A stretch of DNA of 64,000 bases from NCBI GenBank assembly GCA_012295275.1, contig CM022666.1, positions 4,588,001 through 4,652,000 of the forward strand, read 5' to 3'. The stretch is from Chrysomallon squamiferum (taxonomy: Eukaryota; Animalia; Mollusca). The translations under genes were made by a program, and so were the position numbers. Positions 1-13,609 of this stretch are shown here, in pieces. The notes beneath the pieces were generated by a model. The model was not told the DNA's origin. It saw only the letters and a list, made by a program, of their open reading frames with translations, and ran no database searches. The stretch's first letter is position 1; every line of letters starts with the position of its first letter.

Positions 1-1102
1 CTACTATTTTCTCATTCAGCATCATCAATACCTTTACCCAGCGTTCCACAGTTTGACGGCATCCCAAAACCTACAGTGGAATCAAACGGCAAAATGAGGA
101 TCACTAGAAATCTGGAAGAGAACCCAAATCACGTACGCGAAATCATCATTCACAATCACTGGCTCTTTCCTTTCTCCGAGTCAAGTCAAGGGGAGGTAAA
201 CCAGGCTGCCAGACAGCGAAAACCTCAAAGCGGAGTGAAGGGAAATTCTGTGACAGCATTCTGTGTGATATTCGGTTTGATGGTTGTGGTTGATATTTTG
301 TTGTTTGCTCATCGGATGGCTAAGACAATCTCGTTTGCTAAGCTTCTGTTGTATGGGTACCCTGAGTATGTGGACTATAAGGAAACAGGTAATTAGTTAT
401 TTGTTTATGGACACTTCAGTGCATATTATTATTAGTAGTAATTAATAAAGGTATTTAATTGTTTATTGAAGTTTAACACATTTTATTGTGTTTGATTAGT
501 AGGTCAAAGATATGTAAATTAATTTTCTTTTAGTAATAATAATAATAAAGCAATAATAAAGGAATAGTAGTACTACTACTACTGCTGCTGCTACTACTAC
601 TAATAATAGTAATAACAATAACAAAATACTAATACTATTAATAACATTAATAATAATAATAATAATAATATAAATAATAAAGAAATAATAACATTAATAC
701 AACTACTACTACTACTATTAATAATAATCACAAAATAACTACTACTGCCACTATTGTTATAACTACTACTACTACTACTACTACTATTACAACTACTATT
801 ACTACTACTACTATTACAGCTACTATTACTACTACTACTATTACTACTGCCACTATTGTTATAACTACTACTACTACTACTACTACTACTATTACAACTA
901 CTATTACTACTACTACTATTACAGCTACTATTACTACTACTACTATTACTACTGCCACTATTGTTATAACTACTACTATTACTACTACTACTATTACAAC
1001 TACTATTACTACTACTACTATTACAGCTACTATTACTACTACTACTATTACTGCTACTATTACTACTGCTACTATTACAGCTACTATTACTACTACTACT
1101 AT

Positions 1103-1140
<38 letters not shown>

Positions 1141-1141
1141 T

Positions 1142-1173
<32 letters not shown>

Positions 1174-1913
1174 TTACTACTGCCACTATTGTTATAACTA
1201 CTATTACTACTACTACTATTACAACTACTATTACTACTACTACTATTACTACTACTACTTACTACTATTACTACTACTACTACTATTACTACTACTATTA
1301 CTACTACTACTATTACTATTGCTACTATTACTACTACTACTACTACTGCTACTACTACTACTACTACTTACTACTGCCACTATTGTTATAACAACTACTA
1401 TTACTAATACTACTATTACAACTACTATTACTACTACTACTATTACAGCTACTATTACTATTACTACTATTACTGCTATTATTACTACTACTATTATTAT
1501 TACTGCTACTATTACAGCTACTATTACTACTACTACTATTACTACTACTACTATTACTACTGCCACTATTGTTATAACAACTACTATTACTATTACTACT
1601 ATTACAGCTACTATTACTACTACTACTATTACTGCTACTATTACTACTGCTACTATTACAGCTACTATTACTACTACTACTATTACTACTACTACTATTA
1701 CTACTGCTATTAATGTTGTTATTATGACCAGAACCACAGTTGTTGTTACTACTAATTCTACTACATTATTAATTTTATTATTACTGTTATTACAACAACT
1801 ACTACTACTACTGCTGTTATTATTATTATTATTATTATTTTTTTTATTATTGATTATTATTATTATTATTATTATTAATATGTTTTATTATTATTATTAT
1901 TATTAAATTTTTG

Positions 1914-1965
<52 letters not shown>

Positions 1966-4111
1966 GTAGTAGTCTTATAGTTGTTGTTATTGTTGTTGTT
2001 GTTGTTTATTTACATACACTATTAGACACCCAGTATTTCTATAATACAAACCATGAATTATCTTGACAGCTGATGACGAAGGTGACGATGACGTATTTAG
2101 AGAGAAAACTGAAAAACCTAACTCTCTGTTTGAAAATATTCGACTAGGTGTTAAGAAATTCTGCATTCAGGTGAGTGATAAGTTTACCTGTCTCCGTACA
2201 GGTGTGCTTTGAAATTATAGGTATTGCTTTGCAATGTGTGAATGTATGTTTGTGTGTATGTGTATACTTGCATGTGCACATGGTTTGTGTGCATGTTTGT
2301 GTATGTAATTGTAGGTATCTGTGTGTCTGTCTCTCTGTGTTTGCATGTTTGTTCTTGAAAGATAATTCTACACTCAAGTAGGTTAATCCTAGGTAACACT
2401 CATTTTTATTTTTGTTTTACAACAGGCATGTGTATTCAGTGTATTTCTGTGTCTATACGTTTGTGTATATATTTATGTGTCTGTATGTATATGTAGATGT
2501 CTGTGTGTGTGTCTCTCTGTATCTGTATTTGTGTGTGTATATGTATGTATATATATCTGAATATGTATTTGTGTGTGTGTATATATATGTCTTTGTGTGT
2601 AGTATATCTGGATGCCTGTGTATATGCATATGTTTGTATATATATATATATGTGTGTATGTATATGTATTGGTGTATGTATGTTTGTATATCCATGTGTG
2701 TGTATGTGTCTGGGTCCGTATGTACATGTGTGTGTATATGTGTGCATATATGTCTATATGTATGTCTCTATATGTATATGTATTTGTATTTGTTTTGTGT
2801 GTCATGTCTGTGTCTATATGTATTTTTGTTGTATGTATATGTCTGTACACATATTTTGTCTGTGTATGTTTCTGTGTGTATCCATGCGTATATGTCCATG
2901 TCTGTGAATGTTTGTTTGCATCTGTATTAATACATAAATATTAGCGTGAACCTACTGTTCATATATATATATTTGTTTATAACAGTGCAGTGGACTAGAC
3001 AGAGAATATTAAGGAAGATAACTCTTTCATACTTAGGCCCATTATTACCTCAAACAATGATCATTATTTATTATTATTATAAGGACCATTATCCTCAAAC
3101 AATGATTATTATTAATTTATTACTTATTATTATTATTATTATTATTATTATTTTTATTTTTATACTATTTATATTATTATTATTATTTTATTGTTATTAT
3201 TTTATTATTATTATTATTTTATTTTTTGTTATTGTTATTGTAATTATTGTTGTTGATGAAATTTTTTGACAGTTAATATTTTATTTTAATTTTATTTTTC
3301 ATCCAGGTAGTCCAAACACTGTTTATCCCAAATGCTGTTGTCGCGGTAGTTGTGTGTCTCCTTGTTTATGGCTGTGTACACGTGTCAGAGGTTGTACTAA
3401 CCAAACAAAGTTTCAACAGACTGGGTCTCCATTACGATATGGTAAGAGCTGTCTGGGAGTTTATTTTTATATTTTTAAATAATTTTAAAATTGTCATACT
3501 TCTTTTTTTTGTTACAAAATGATGTAATTTGAACATCCAGGAGTACAGGTTTGTTCCAGCACAGTACATACCATGTAATTTATATATCCAGGCATACAGT
3601 ACTATTCCAGTATGGTAACCTTAAAGATCATTACAATTCTGTATGTATCCTGTAATTTACAAATCAAAGGATGTAATATTAAAGATTCAGTATACCAAAT
3701 ACAATGTATTCAGTATATGATATTATAAAAGTGACATACTGTGATGTATAATATACAGTGTATCTGAATATATGTCTTTTTTAAATTTCAGAACGGATTC
3801 ATAGACCTCCAAGCTGAAATGATCAACAGTCGACTTGTTTCTCATGCAGAACAAATAAACACAGTGGAACTTCCTTTGTACCAGAGCTGGATGGCAGCGT
3901 ATATAGAACGTCATGAACGTGCACTACAACTACACCAGCAGCAGCTGACAACACTGCAGTTTGTACACAACGAGACGTACTGCACCTACTTGGTGAACCT
4001 CGGCATGGACATCAACTGCACTGTAGAGGGAAGCAAACAGCAGCGGGAGTACGTCATCTCAGCGACTGGATGTCAGCTTAATCCAGTGTGGCCCAAGTTT
4101 TATAAAAGGTG

Positions 4112-4182
<71 letters not shown>

Positions 4183-4217
4183 GAGGGAGAAAGAGGGAGA
4201 AAGAGTGAGAAACAGAA

Positions 4218-4248
<31 letters not shown>

Positions 4249-5682
4249 CAGTGAGAGAGAGAGAGAGACAAAGAGAGAGAGAGACAGAGAGAGAGAGAGA
4301 GACAGAAAGACAAAGAGAGAGACAGACAAAAAGAGAGAGACAGAGATAGAGACAGAAAAGAGAGAGACAGAGAGAGAGAGATACAAAAGAGAGACAGAGA
4401 GGGACAGAGAGAGAGAAAGAGATTGAGACAGAGAGACAGTGAGAGAGAAGAGAGACAGATAGAGAGAGACAGAGAGACACAGAAAGACAGAGAGACAGAG
4501 AGACAGAAAGAGAGACAGACAGAGAGAGAGAGAGAGAGAGAGACCAGAGAGACAGAGACACAGAGAGAGACAAATGGAGACAGAGACACAGAGATGAGAG
4601 AGGCAGAGAGAGAGAGAGAGAAACAGACTGAGATGAGAGAGTGAGAGAGAGACAGACTGAGAGAGAGAGAAAGACTGAGAGAGAAAAACAGAGAGAAAGA
4701 GAGAGAAACAGAGAGAGAGAAGAGACAGACAGAGAGAGAAAGAGAGACTGAAAAGAGACATAGAGAGAGACAGAGACAGAGACAGACAAATGGAACAGAG
4801 GCAGACAGAGAGAGACAGAGAAAGACTAGAGACTGAGAGAAACAGAGAGAGACTGAAAGAGACAGAAAAGAGAGACAGAGAGACTGAAAAGGAGACAGAG
4901 AGACAGACAGAGTTTTGAGAAAGAAAAGTAGAGAAGAAGAATAAAGAAGATGAAAGAACAGAAAATGAAAGAATTTAACCAGTCATGACAAATTATTTTA
5001 TCAAGTATAATTTGTACATATCTGAGTGCGTTTAATAACACTAACTGAAGTAATATGTTTTCTTACATTTGTTTAAATTGTAATTATCTGTTTTTACAAT
5101 TTACTTTCACAGGACGGAGAGACCAGACATTGTAGAAAACCAACTTGACGCTTTACTCACTGCAGCCAGGCGCATCGTCATGGATACAGCTCAAATTGTT
5201 GTTGTATTTTTGTCCATTGTGGTGCTCAAGGAACTGTTTGGTTCGGTTTTATGGATCTACATAAGAAGGTAAATTATTTCTGTCTATGATGGTGTCTCGA
5301 ATATTTTTTTCTTTTAATTTCAGTTGCAAATAATATCTCTTTTCACAATATAACAGATATATGCACTGATAAATATAAAAATATTATTCTGCTCAGTTTT
5401 AAGTAAATTGATGTTGATTATTATTCTTATTATTATTTATTTTATTATTATTATTGTTGTTGATTTAATTATTTTATTTATTCATTTAATTATTTATTTG
5501 GTTTCTGATCATTAAATAGTTACTTTATTGTTATTATTATTAGTTAAACAATTGATTTTTAAATGAATTAATCAACATTTGTTGTGTATAGTTTTATTTA
5601 TTTAATTTACTGTTGTTATTATTTAATTCCTTATCCTTATTAATTATTAATTAATAAATGATATATAAATATTTTTAATTTC

Positions 5683-5717
<35 letters not shown>

Positions 5718-5847
5718 TACTAAACTTACCCCATGAAATCAATTCATTTCTTTACTTTCTCTCTTTTCATCTTTTAACAGATCTGGTTTTGTCAGACTAA
5801 GAATAATTTTTGAAACCAGCGAGGATCAGACAATGAAAGATTCATGA
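1..5847 (+). CDS. 3' part (about 387 aa, 5' end outside window) of an uncharacterised multi-pass membrane protein gene; 6 exons visible
   Basis: Exons <1-388, 2070-2170, 3307-3441, 3792-4108, 5113-5268, 5781-5847 have AG/GT boundaries with matching phases (1,0,0,2,2) and splice into one open frame ending ...RRSGFVRLRIIFETSEDQTMKDS*. Three hydrophobic segments (VTAFCVIFGLMVVVDILLFAH; TLFIPNAVVAVVVCLLVYGCVHV; QIVVVFLSIVVLKELFGSVLWIYI). The loop between the last two has Cys residues and N-glycosylation sequons (NET, NCT). Family not recognised with confidence. Confidence 0.85.
566..2005. repeat. Compound (ACT/ATT)n trinucleotide satellite in an intron
   Basis: About 1.4 kb of actact/attact/attatt units with recurring variants (gccactattgttataact, attacagct). 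Confidence 0.95.
2230..2930. repeat. Degenerate (TG/TA)n low-complexity tract
   Basis: Mixed tgtgta/tatatg dinucleotide runs. Confidence 0.85.
4116..4920. repeat. (GA)n/(GACA)n microsatellite tract
   Basis: About 800 bp of gagaga/gacaga. Confidence 0.95.
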
Positions 5848-6078
5848 AAAGAAATTTACTTATAACCTAAAAAACATTACATTCTAATATTTCCTTCAGG
5901 TCATATCAGGAAATACACACAACTGAAAAATCTCATTTGATATCAATTGTTTTATATTCACAGTGACATCAGATTCTGTGATATATTATGTTCATATGTG
6001 TATAGAGATTTGTTTTCATAATCTATAAGATAAATGAGGAATTTAGTTGTGTCAGAACAAGACTTCTCATTTCAGTAA

Positions 6079-6112
<34 letters not shown>

Positions 6113-6359
6113 GAATGAAAATAAATGTGGATCATAAGTAAACACAAAGACTGTCATGGCCATTATCCTACATCATCATTCAGAATTTCATTGTCAGCAT
6201 CATCATTCAGACTTGTATTGTTAACATCATCATTCAATGTTTTACTGTCAACCTCATCATCCAGAATTTTATTAACAAAATACTCACTGACAGTCCTCAT
6301 CATTCACAAAAGATGAACTCTGCTTCAGGTTTTATTTACTATTATTTTAGGTTTTACTC

Positions 6360-6900
6360 ACATTGTACAATGGACGTTCTTGTACAATAGATGTTCTATG
6401 TACAATAGATGTTCTTGTACAATAGATGTTCTGTATACTGGATATTCTTTGTGCAGTAGATGTTCTGCATACTGTGACTGTTCTTCAGTCAAAATGATCT
6501 TGAACAGATGTTCTGTATACACTGTACATTGATGCTCAAGTACAGTAGATGTTCAGTGTACAGTGAATGTTCTTGTATGGTGGATGTTCTGTACACAATG
6601 GATGTTCTGCTGCAGATGTTCTATGTACAAAGATGTTTTTGTGCAGTTGATATTTTAAACATGTACATCTGTGGATGTTGTAAATATAATTAATGTTAAA
6701 TGATAATGGCTTTTCTTTGTACAGTGAATATGTTATGTATGTACTACTGATGGTCTGTGTTCAGTAAATCTGTACTGTGGATGTTCTACAAACAGTGAAT
6801 GTGTTCTAGAGATTTTCTATGTAAAATAAATGTGTGATGTGCAGTGAATAAATATTTGCATATTACTGATTTTCTATATAAATTGACTGATGAAAGTTAA
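6360..6900. repeat. Degenerate minisatellite (gatgttct..gtaca.. core) downstream of the membrane gene; copies at about 15720-16130 and 29330-29740, inverted at about 53500-54070 and 58890-59340
   Basis: Repeated tagatgttct(t/a)gtacaa-like units, shared by every duplication unit. Confidence 0.75.
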
Positions 6901-7333
6901 ATGTTCACTGATTGGTTTATAATGAATAATACAAGTTAAGTGGATGTTCCAGTTAAAAAGGATTTTAATTTGTATTCTATACATGTACATATGTGGATGT
7001 TGTAAATATAATTAATGTTAAATGATAATGAATACTCCATGCATAGTGGCTTTTCTTTGTACAGTGAATACGCAATGTATATGCATTGAAATTATCAGAG
7101 TAATGAATGTTTATATATATGTTACAATTAAAATCGCATGTACAATTTGCATAATAAACAGTCTCTTTCAAGTATATTTTTTGTTTCTTCAGAAAAAGAC
7201 TTTTTCTTTTTAGATGCATTTCAGAATCATAAATGTTATGATAATTATAAAGTTTCATTATCACGATCATCATCGTCATTATTAGTTTTGCTGCTACTAT
7301 TTCTACATAATCATACACACACTCACACACACA

Positions 7334-7391
<58 letters not shown>

Positions 7392-8610
7392 ATTACACAC
7401 ACACCTACATACCTGCAGACAGACAGACATATATCATGATTCACTTTTAAAAGTTGTGCAGTCGTCCTTGACTGTTTGATTTGCTGTCTAAAAAACCGGA
7501 CAATAACAATGGTAGCTCACTGGAAAACTTTTAAAAATCCCCAGTAGACTCGTTATCTTTAAAAGTAGTTTCTACCTGAGCAGTGTTTATAAATAGCTGT
7601 TTGCTAAGTGTTTCCTAGTAATACAGATTGCAGGGCCCACGAGTTCTCGAGTTACCTAACGTGTGTTTGTCCCACTCTCTTATGAACCTGCTCAAGGATT
7701 ATTGAAAATCTCTAGTCCAAATAAACACGTTCAACAACTGAAACGATTATAAAAAATAAATGAATACAAATAAATAGTTTTTTTTTTTTTTTTTTCAGGG
7801 AAAATCCAATTTTTATTCCTTTGGGTCTTGTGTAGATATATCTAAAGCATAGCTGGAGTGTATTAGGTTATTTGAAATTAGAAATTTAAATAATGTTTGG
7901 ATTAAATTTTTGTTCATTTAAAGAAGGGTTAGACTACTGAAGAGTGATTGAATAAAAAAATAAAACGTGGTTAATAGTCAGTTGTTTTTCTTTCTTTATT
8001 TCTGTTCGTGGACGGACTATATTCTATGCGCATTCAGGGCAAACTGAACAAAGCCAGAATTCTTAAAATAGGTCACAGTCCGCGTGTGTGTAATGTCAAC
8101 AATCGTAATACTATTTACGACTACAACAAGACAACAGCAATAATAAGTGTATGTAGTTTATTCAGGTAATGAACATTGGCAACATTTAGTTTCTTTTATT
8201 TTATTAATAGTTATTTTGTTTAACAATAAAAGAATTACGATTTACAACAAGACAACAGGATCCAATAAATGTATGTAGTTTCTGTTTATTACAAGGAACA
8301 TTATTTCTATACAGTACTCTACACAAACATTAAAAATCTTTCTTTATTTTTATTTTTAGTTTTTGTTTCACAACAATAAAGGTTTTCATTTGTTCTTATT
8401 TTAAGAATCAGAGTGATATGGTAAAAGAAAACCCCTGATTCTATGAAATTCTAGTTTTGTTCTTTATTTATAATTTTGTTTATCTTCTAAAAGAATGTTA
8501 TCTTACACAAATTTAAATAATTATTTCGATAACCGTTATATATTTCCACAACAACTGTTTTTGTTATTTTTCGTTTTTTACAGCTAAAGAAATAAAAGTT
8601 GTTACACAAA

Positions 8611-10597
8611 ATGATACCAATTCGTCCTGTCCTTGCCATTTTTCTTATGGTACTAAACTTCATACTCATCAGTTTAATTGTATCTGGAACAGTAAAAGAA
8701 TTTCTGAACAGAGAAACCAACTTGTTGTTTGATCGGGAACTGTGTGTGAAAATCTCGTGCAAACCAGGAGAAAACTGTTGTGATGACAGATTTACGAAGA
8801 GAACCAGGAACAATACCATGTATTGTTGTTACAACGATGGAGAAAAAGTGATCAGTGAAATTATGAAAAAGGTAAATTCTATTTTAAATTCTAAAACAGA
8901 TAAAAAATCATAAATACATTAAAAAGAAGAAAAAATAAGTATGAACTTAAGAAATAGGTAAATCCTGTATAAAGTTATTATAAAAAGTTAAGTTGATTAC
9001 AAATGAAATTGAAAAAAAAAAAAAAAAATAAGAAAAAGATAAAGAATCCATATACGTTTAACAATATTTGAATTAAGAAAAAGGAGAAATTAATTGTGAT
9101 GAAATATATTTATAAATTTAAAATTTATTATTATGGACGAGTTTCAAAGTGGTGATTAACATTCTTTTTAGAAACTGAGTGAAAGTCGAACAAAAGCTGA
9201 GAAATGTGGTAAGTTAACACATACACATGTATACACACAGACATACGAAAAAACACAAAGTCGCATAAACACAGATACACAAAGCAAATAATAAACATGA
9301 AACACACATACAAATTTCAAACCCAGACATGGACAATCCCACAAAATAAACACATAAAGAAACCCAGACATTTAAAACCCACAAAAAAAGACACATACAC
9401 AAACCCAGACAGACAAACATACAAAAAACACAAATACACAAACCCAGACAGACAAACCCACAAAAAGACACATACACAAACCCAGACACACAATCCCACA
9501 AAAAGACACATAAACAAACCCAGACAGACAAACCCACAAAAAGACACATACACAAAGAGAAACCAGACATATTTAAATATTCACACAAGTGTTTATAATT
9601 TTGTATTTGTATGTACCTTTATTGTTAGTAAACAAAATAACCAACCTAGAATAAAATGAAAGAAACTATGTGAATGTTACATGTGTACTTTATATATAAT
9701 GTTCATATTTATATATATTAGAAAAGAAACTTAAGCAGATCAGAGATGTCGCTAATGAACTGAAGACACCGGCTCAGGTGAAGACATCGGCTCATCTACA
9801 AATGGAACTGAATGCAACATATGACAAAGGTAAGAAAAAAACCCCAGTAGTACTAGTAGTAGTAGTTGTTGTGGAAGAGTAGTAGTACTCAGTTAAAGTA
9901 GGTGATTTGGTAATAGATGTGGTAGTAGTAAATAGAAGTAACAGTAGTCGTTACTTAAAAAGTTGGTCTGGTAAACGAAGTAGTAGTAGTTATCACTTAG
10001 TTATTAGTAATGGTTAGAAAATAATAGTAGAAATTGTGATAACAACAATAATAGCAGTGCTACTAGTGATAATGTCAGTTATTCTGGTAAAGTAGTTAAT
10101 AGCGGAAGTTTGTAGTTATAGAAATATATTAGTAATACTAACTACAACTGTTCACAATTTAAAATAGAAATATTATTTAAAAATCATTTGTTCTTACTAA
10201 CATTTCAGACAACCCAAAGCCTTTGATAAAATGGACGTCGTCTGGAAAAAGATCTTTTGTGAAAGGAGCTGCTGCTGTTGTCGCTGACGGGATTCAAGTC
10301 AAACACGCTGCTTACTACTTCATATACAGCAACGTTTTATTCCATGCCAACCAAGTCAGAGAGCTAGAATACAATAGCCTGTATCACTCAATTGAAAAAA
10401 ATCCAAATAATGAAGTTCTCTACACAAATCTTCAGACAACATGCAAAGTAGGAAGATACAAGGAAGGTTTTGTTCCTTCCTACATTGGAGCTGTTTACAG
10501 CCTGAAAGCCAATGACACTGTAATGGTGAGAACATCACTTGTGAACAGAATTTTGAGAGATCCTGAGCCCACCTACTTTGGCCTGTATATGCTGTAA
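8611..10597 (+). CDS. TNF superfamily ligand, TRAIL/TNFSF10-like (copy 1), 264 aa
   Basis: Exons 8611-8871, 9172-9208 (37 nt), 9722-9829, 10209-10597; phases 0,1,1; total 795 nt. N-terminal hydrophobic segment, CVKISC..NCC..YCC stalk, then TNF homology domain motifs: SAHL (strand A), IKW, DGIQVKHAAYYFIYSNVLF, SYIGAVYSLKANDTVMV and terminal TYFGLYML. In-frame stop just upstream of the ATG. Confidence 0.93.
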
Positions 10598-12686
10598 AAT
10601 CGTTTCGAGAGGCCTAAATTATAACTGTTAATGTATAATTTTCTGTATTACTTTTTTGTGATTGCTTGTTTGTGATGTTAATATATATTTCAAAATATAA
10701 TTTATACAATTTTCTCCAACCAAGCAGCGCTAATTCATCATCTTGTACTGAAAATTGCTCTAATACTAGTGTTTTTAATTATTGCATATTATTGTTATTA
10801 CTTTATTACTTTATTACTTTATTTGTTTATTTTTCTAATTGTAAATAGGTATTTTATTTATAAAATTATTTTACTGTCGCTTCTTTTCTTTAGGGTTTTG
10901 TATCAGTTTTTACTAACGAACTTTTTTGTCTGAAGTAAGATAATTTATTATTAAAACAGATATAATAATAATAATCAGATAAAGATTTAATTCGATTTAA
11001 TGTTTTTTTTTTTTTTTAAATAAAGGTGGTATCTTTAACATTTTGTATTTATTTTTATACTTCTTACATTAATAATTAATTGTGCTATTGGAAAATGGTT
11101 TAATATGTTGTTTTTTGATAATTGTAATACACTTTTTTTAGTCTTGTTGTCGATACATGTATTTTGAATAACAGTATATTAACAATGAGGTGGAGGGAGT
11201 CCCTTTAAGAATTTTGGAGAATAAATATTTCTTCAAGTTCTGAGCTTTCTACCCAGAAATAGCTCGTCACAATCAGTAGTCGAAGCTTTTACCGAGAGAA
11301 AACATTATCCCTATTATTAACACACGGAATCAGAAAGTATTAATGCATTATTCTGTTGCAGATGTTGTTGTTGTTGATAATGAACACAAATACAATTCTA
11401 AAATTTTTTAAAATGAAATGCTAGATGAGTTCCTTAACATAACAATAGTTGGTCATGACTGCCATTTGCAAATAAAAAGCATACGGTTATAATATATTAT
11501 TTAAGAAATATGTGTGTGTGTGTGTTTCTTTAGATTAAGGTTTCTGATAAGTAATAACTAAAATTCTTCAAGAAATGAGATTTCCATCCAGTCTATAAAT
11601 AGTTTGTCATAAACAAAAGGTCCGGATGGGAACATTGCTCATCATACAAAAACCCCAAAATCCTGATAAAATTCCATTAATCAACATTTTCACCACAGAT
11701 TAAACATACGAGTAAGATCTGCTTTGGAGAAAGTGAACATTTTTCTCTCTCTCTCTCTCTCTTCGGTAAAAAATACCTTTTCTATACAAATACTGAAGAC
11801 TTGGTTTGTTATCACTGATATCAACATGATTGACACCGGCTGCTGCCCTTGTATTTTATCAAATAATTAGAAAGACAAAACACCCATAACAATTAATACT
11901 TGAAAAACTTGATGTGTTCAGTATGAATATGATCCGTGTATGTATTTCCTTTAAACTGCAGATGTATAGTCAACAGTCTGACATATAAATAATTTCAAAT
12001 TTATAAAAGATCAGTTTCTAATTTATTCATCTGATTATATGAGGAAAAACAAATAATAATAAAAATAATTTTCCTTGTGGAATAAGCGATCAGTTGACAA
12101 AACCACGCTGTCTGACCAGGACTGATTTGTTCCACTGGATCCCGAGAGTCGCGAATAATAACAAGTAATAGATAATTTTTGGTTACTTGCCTCCAATAAC
12201 AAGCTGCATTTTCAGAGTACAAAATATTTTCACTGAGGGGCTGATAGTGTCCATGCCCTCTAAATTCAACTGACCTTAGCGTATTACTGGTTCCTTAAAT
12301 CCATGTCGATGATTGCTGGAAACCAGGAGTTTCACTAAATAGTTATTTTTCTTGAACAGCTTTTAAAATGTAGTAGTTTGCAGTAAACATTGTAGTAAAC
12401 ATGTAATAGTGAAATTTATGCAGTGTTTTAATAGTGATATATATATATATATATATATATATTATTAAAAATGTTCAGTATTATATGTTACAAATTTTAG
12501 AAACTTGTTTTTGAATGTGACAACCTTCACTGGTTTGTTCATACTTTGAGCAGATAATCTCAGCCATGCTTTAATATACTAAAAAAAAAAAAAAGAACCC
12601 CAAAACTACCTTTTTACAATTTTGTTTTATGAATTCCTTTACAGATTATGAAATAAATGTTTCGGCTGTGTGTATGTTTCTGATTT

Positions 12687-12736
<50 letters not shown>

Positions 12737-12793
12737 TTTTGGAAATAGAACTGTTAAATTAAATGAAAATGTTGATTTTATTATTATTATTAC

Positions 12794-12864
<71 letters not shown>

Positions 12865-13609
12865 TTGTTTGTTTATAATTATTACTGGTGTTGTTATTGC
12901 TATTTATTTATTTATTTATTTATTTATTTGTTTATTTATGTATTTTGTCCATATAAACAGAGATTATATTTTTGTGAATTAACACATAAACAGACATATT
13001 TACCCATTCATATATTTATTATTTAAAACGTTTCTGATACTCAAATAAGATTCTTTAGACAGTTGCCAGCATCTCAAATAGCAACATATTAACGTTATGC
13101 TGTTGGCTTGTTTTTCTCACCTTGAGGATTTTCGAGAAGTAATAAATATTAATTTACTTCGGGAACTGGGTTTTCCCCCTAGCTATAAATAGTTGTCAGT
13201 CAACCGTATTACTAATAGGCGGATTGTATGAATGGATGTTTATTGTTATAAATAAATACATTTGCTGTTGTTGTTGTTGAAATGGATTGGTGGGGGTTGG
13301 GAACACAATTGGCACACCCTCATCAATTTTTTTGCACACAGACACATACAAAAAATTCATTTGCTATCAATTGTTTTATATTCACAATGACATCCGATTC
13401 TCTGAAATGTTATGTTTGTATGTGTACAGAGATTTGTTTCCCTAATCAATTTGTTATATCAGGAATTTAGTTGTGTCATAACAAAACTTTACATTTCAAT
13501 AAAATAAAATAAAAATCTCACTTCTTCAGAAAAATAAAAAAAAATAAAAATAAAAAATAGACATGAATATCAGTAAAAGTAAACATTGTCTTTCACAATT
13601 ACTTGTTCC

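Noticed and set aside
728-1906. Long poly-Val/Thr/Leu ORFs (mucin-like appearance)
   Set aside because: Translations of an intronic ACT/ATT satellite; the flanking exons splice in frame without it.
2026-2069. Alternative upstream acceptor (attag|acacc) for the second visible exon
   Set aside because: It runs into an in-frame TGA; the acceptor at 2069 gives an open frame.
2991-3060. Candidate exon WTRQRILRKITLSYL, conserved in duplicates
   Set aside because: No donor site before it runs into ATT repeats, and the gene model is complete without it.
2144-4789. ORFs rich in CV/YI/SL/ER dipeptides (also at 9.1-9.6, 33.4-33.9 and 62-63 kb)
   Set aside because: Dinucleotide microsatellite artefacts.
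8785-8810. Furin-type shedding site (TKRTR)
   Set aside because: Not an R-X-K/R-R match, variable between copies, and lies inside the Cys module.
8487-8819. Antisense ORFs over TNF exons (also 10356-10538, 24417-24644, 41703-41945, 48864-49106)
   Set aside because: Shadow frames of the real coding strand; their recurrence reflects the duplication.
11195-12300. ccttaa/cctttaa ends resembling TTAA-target DNA transposon termini
   Set aside because: No matching opposite TIR could be paired within the window.
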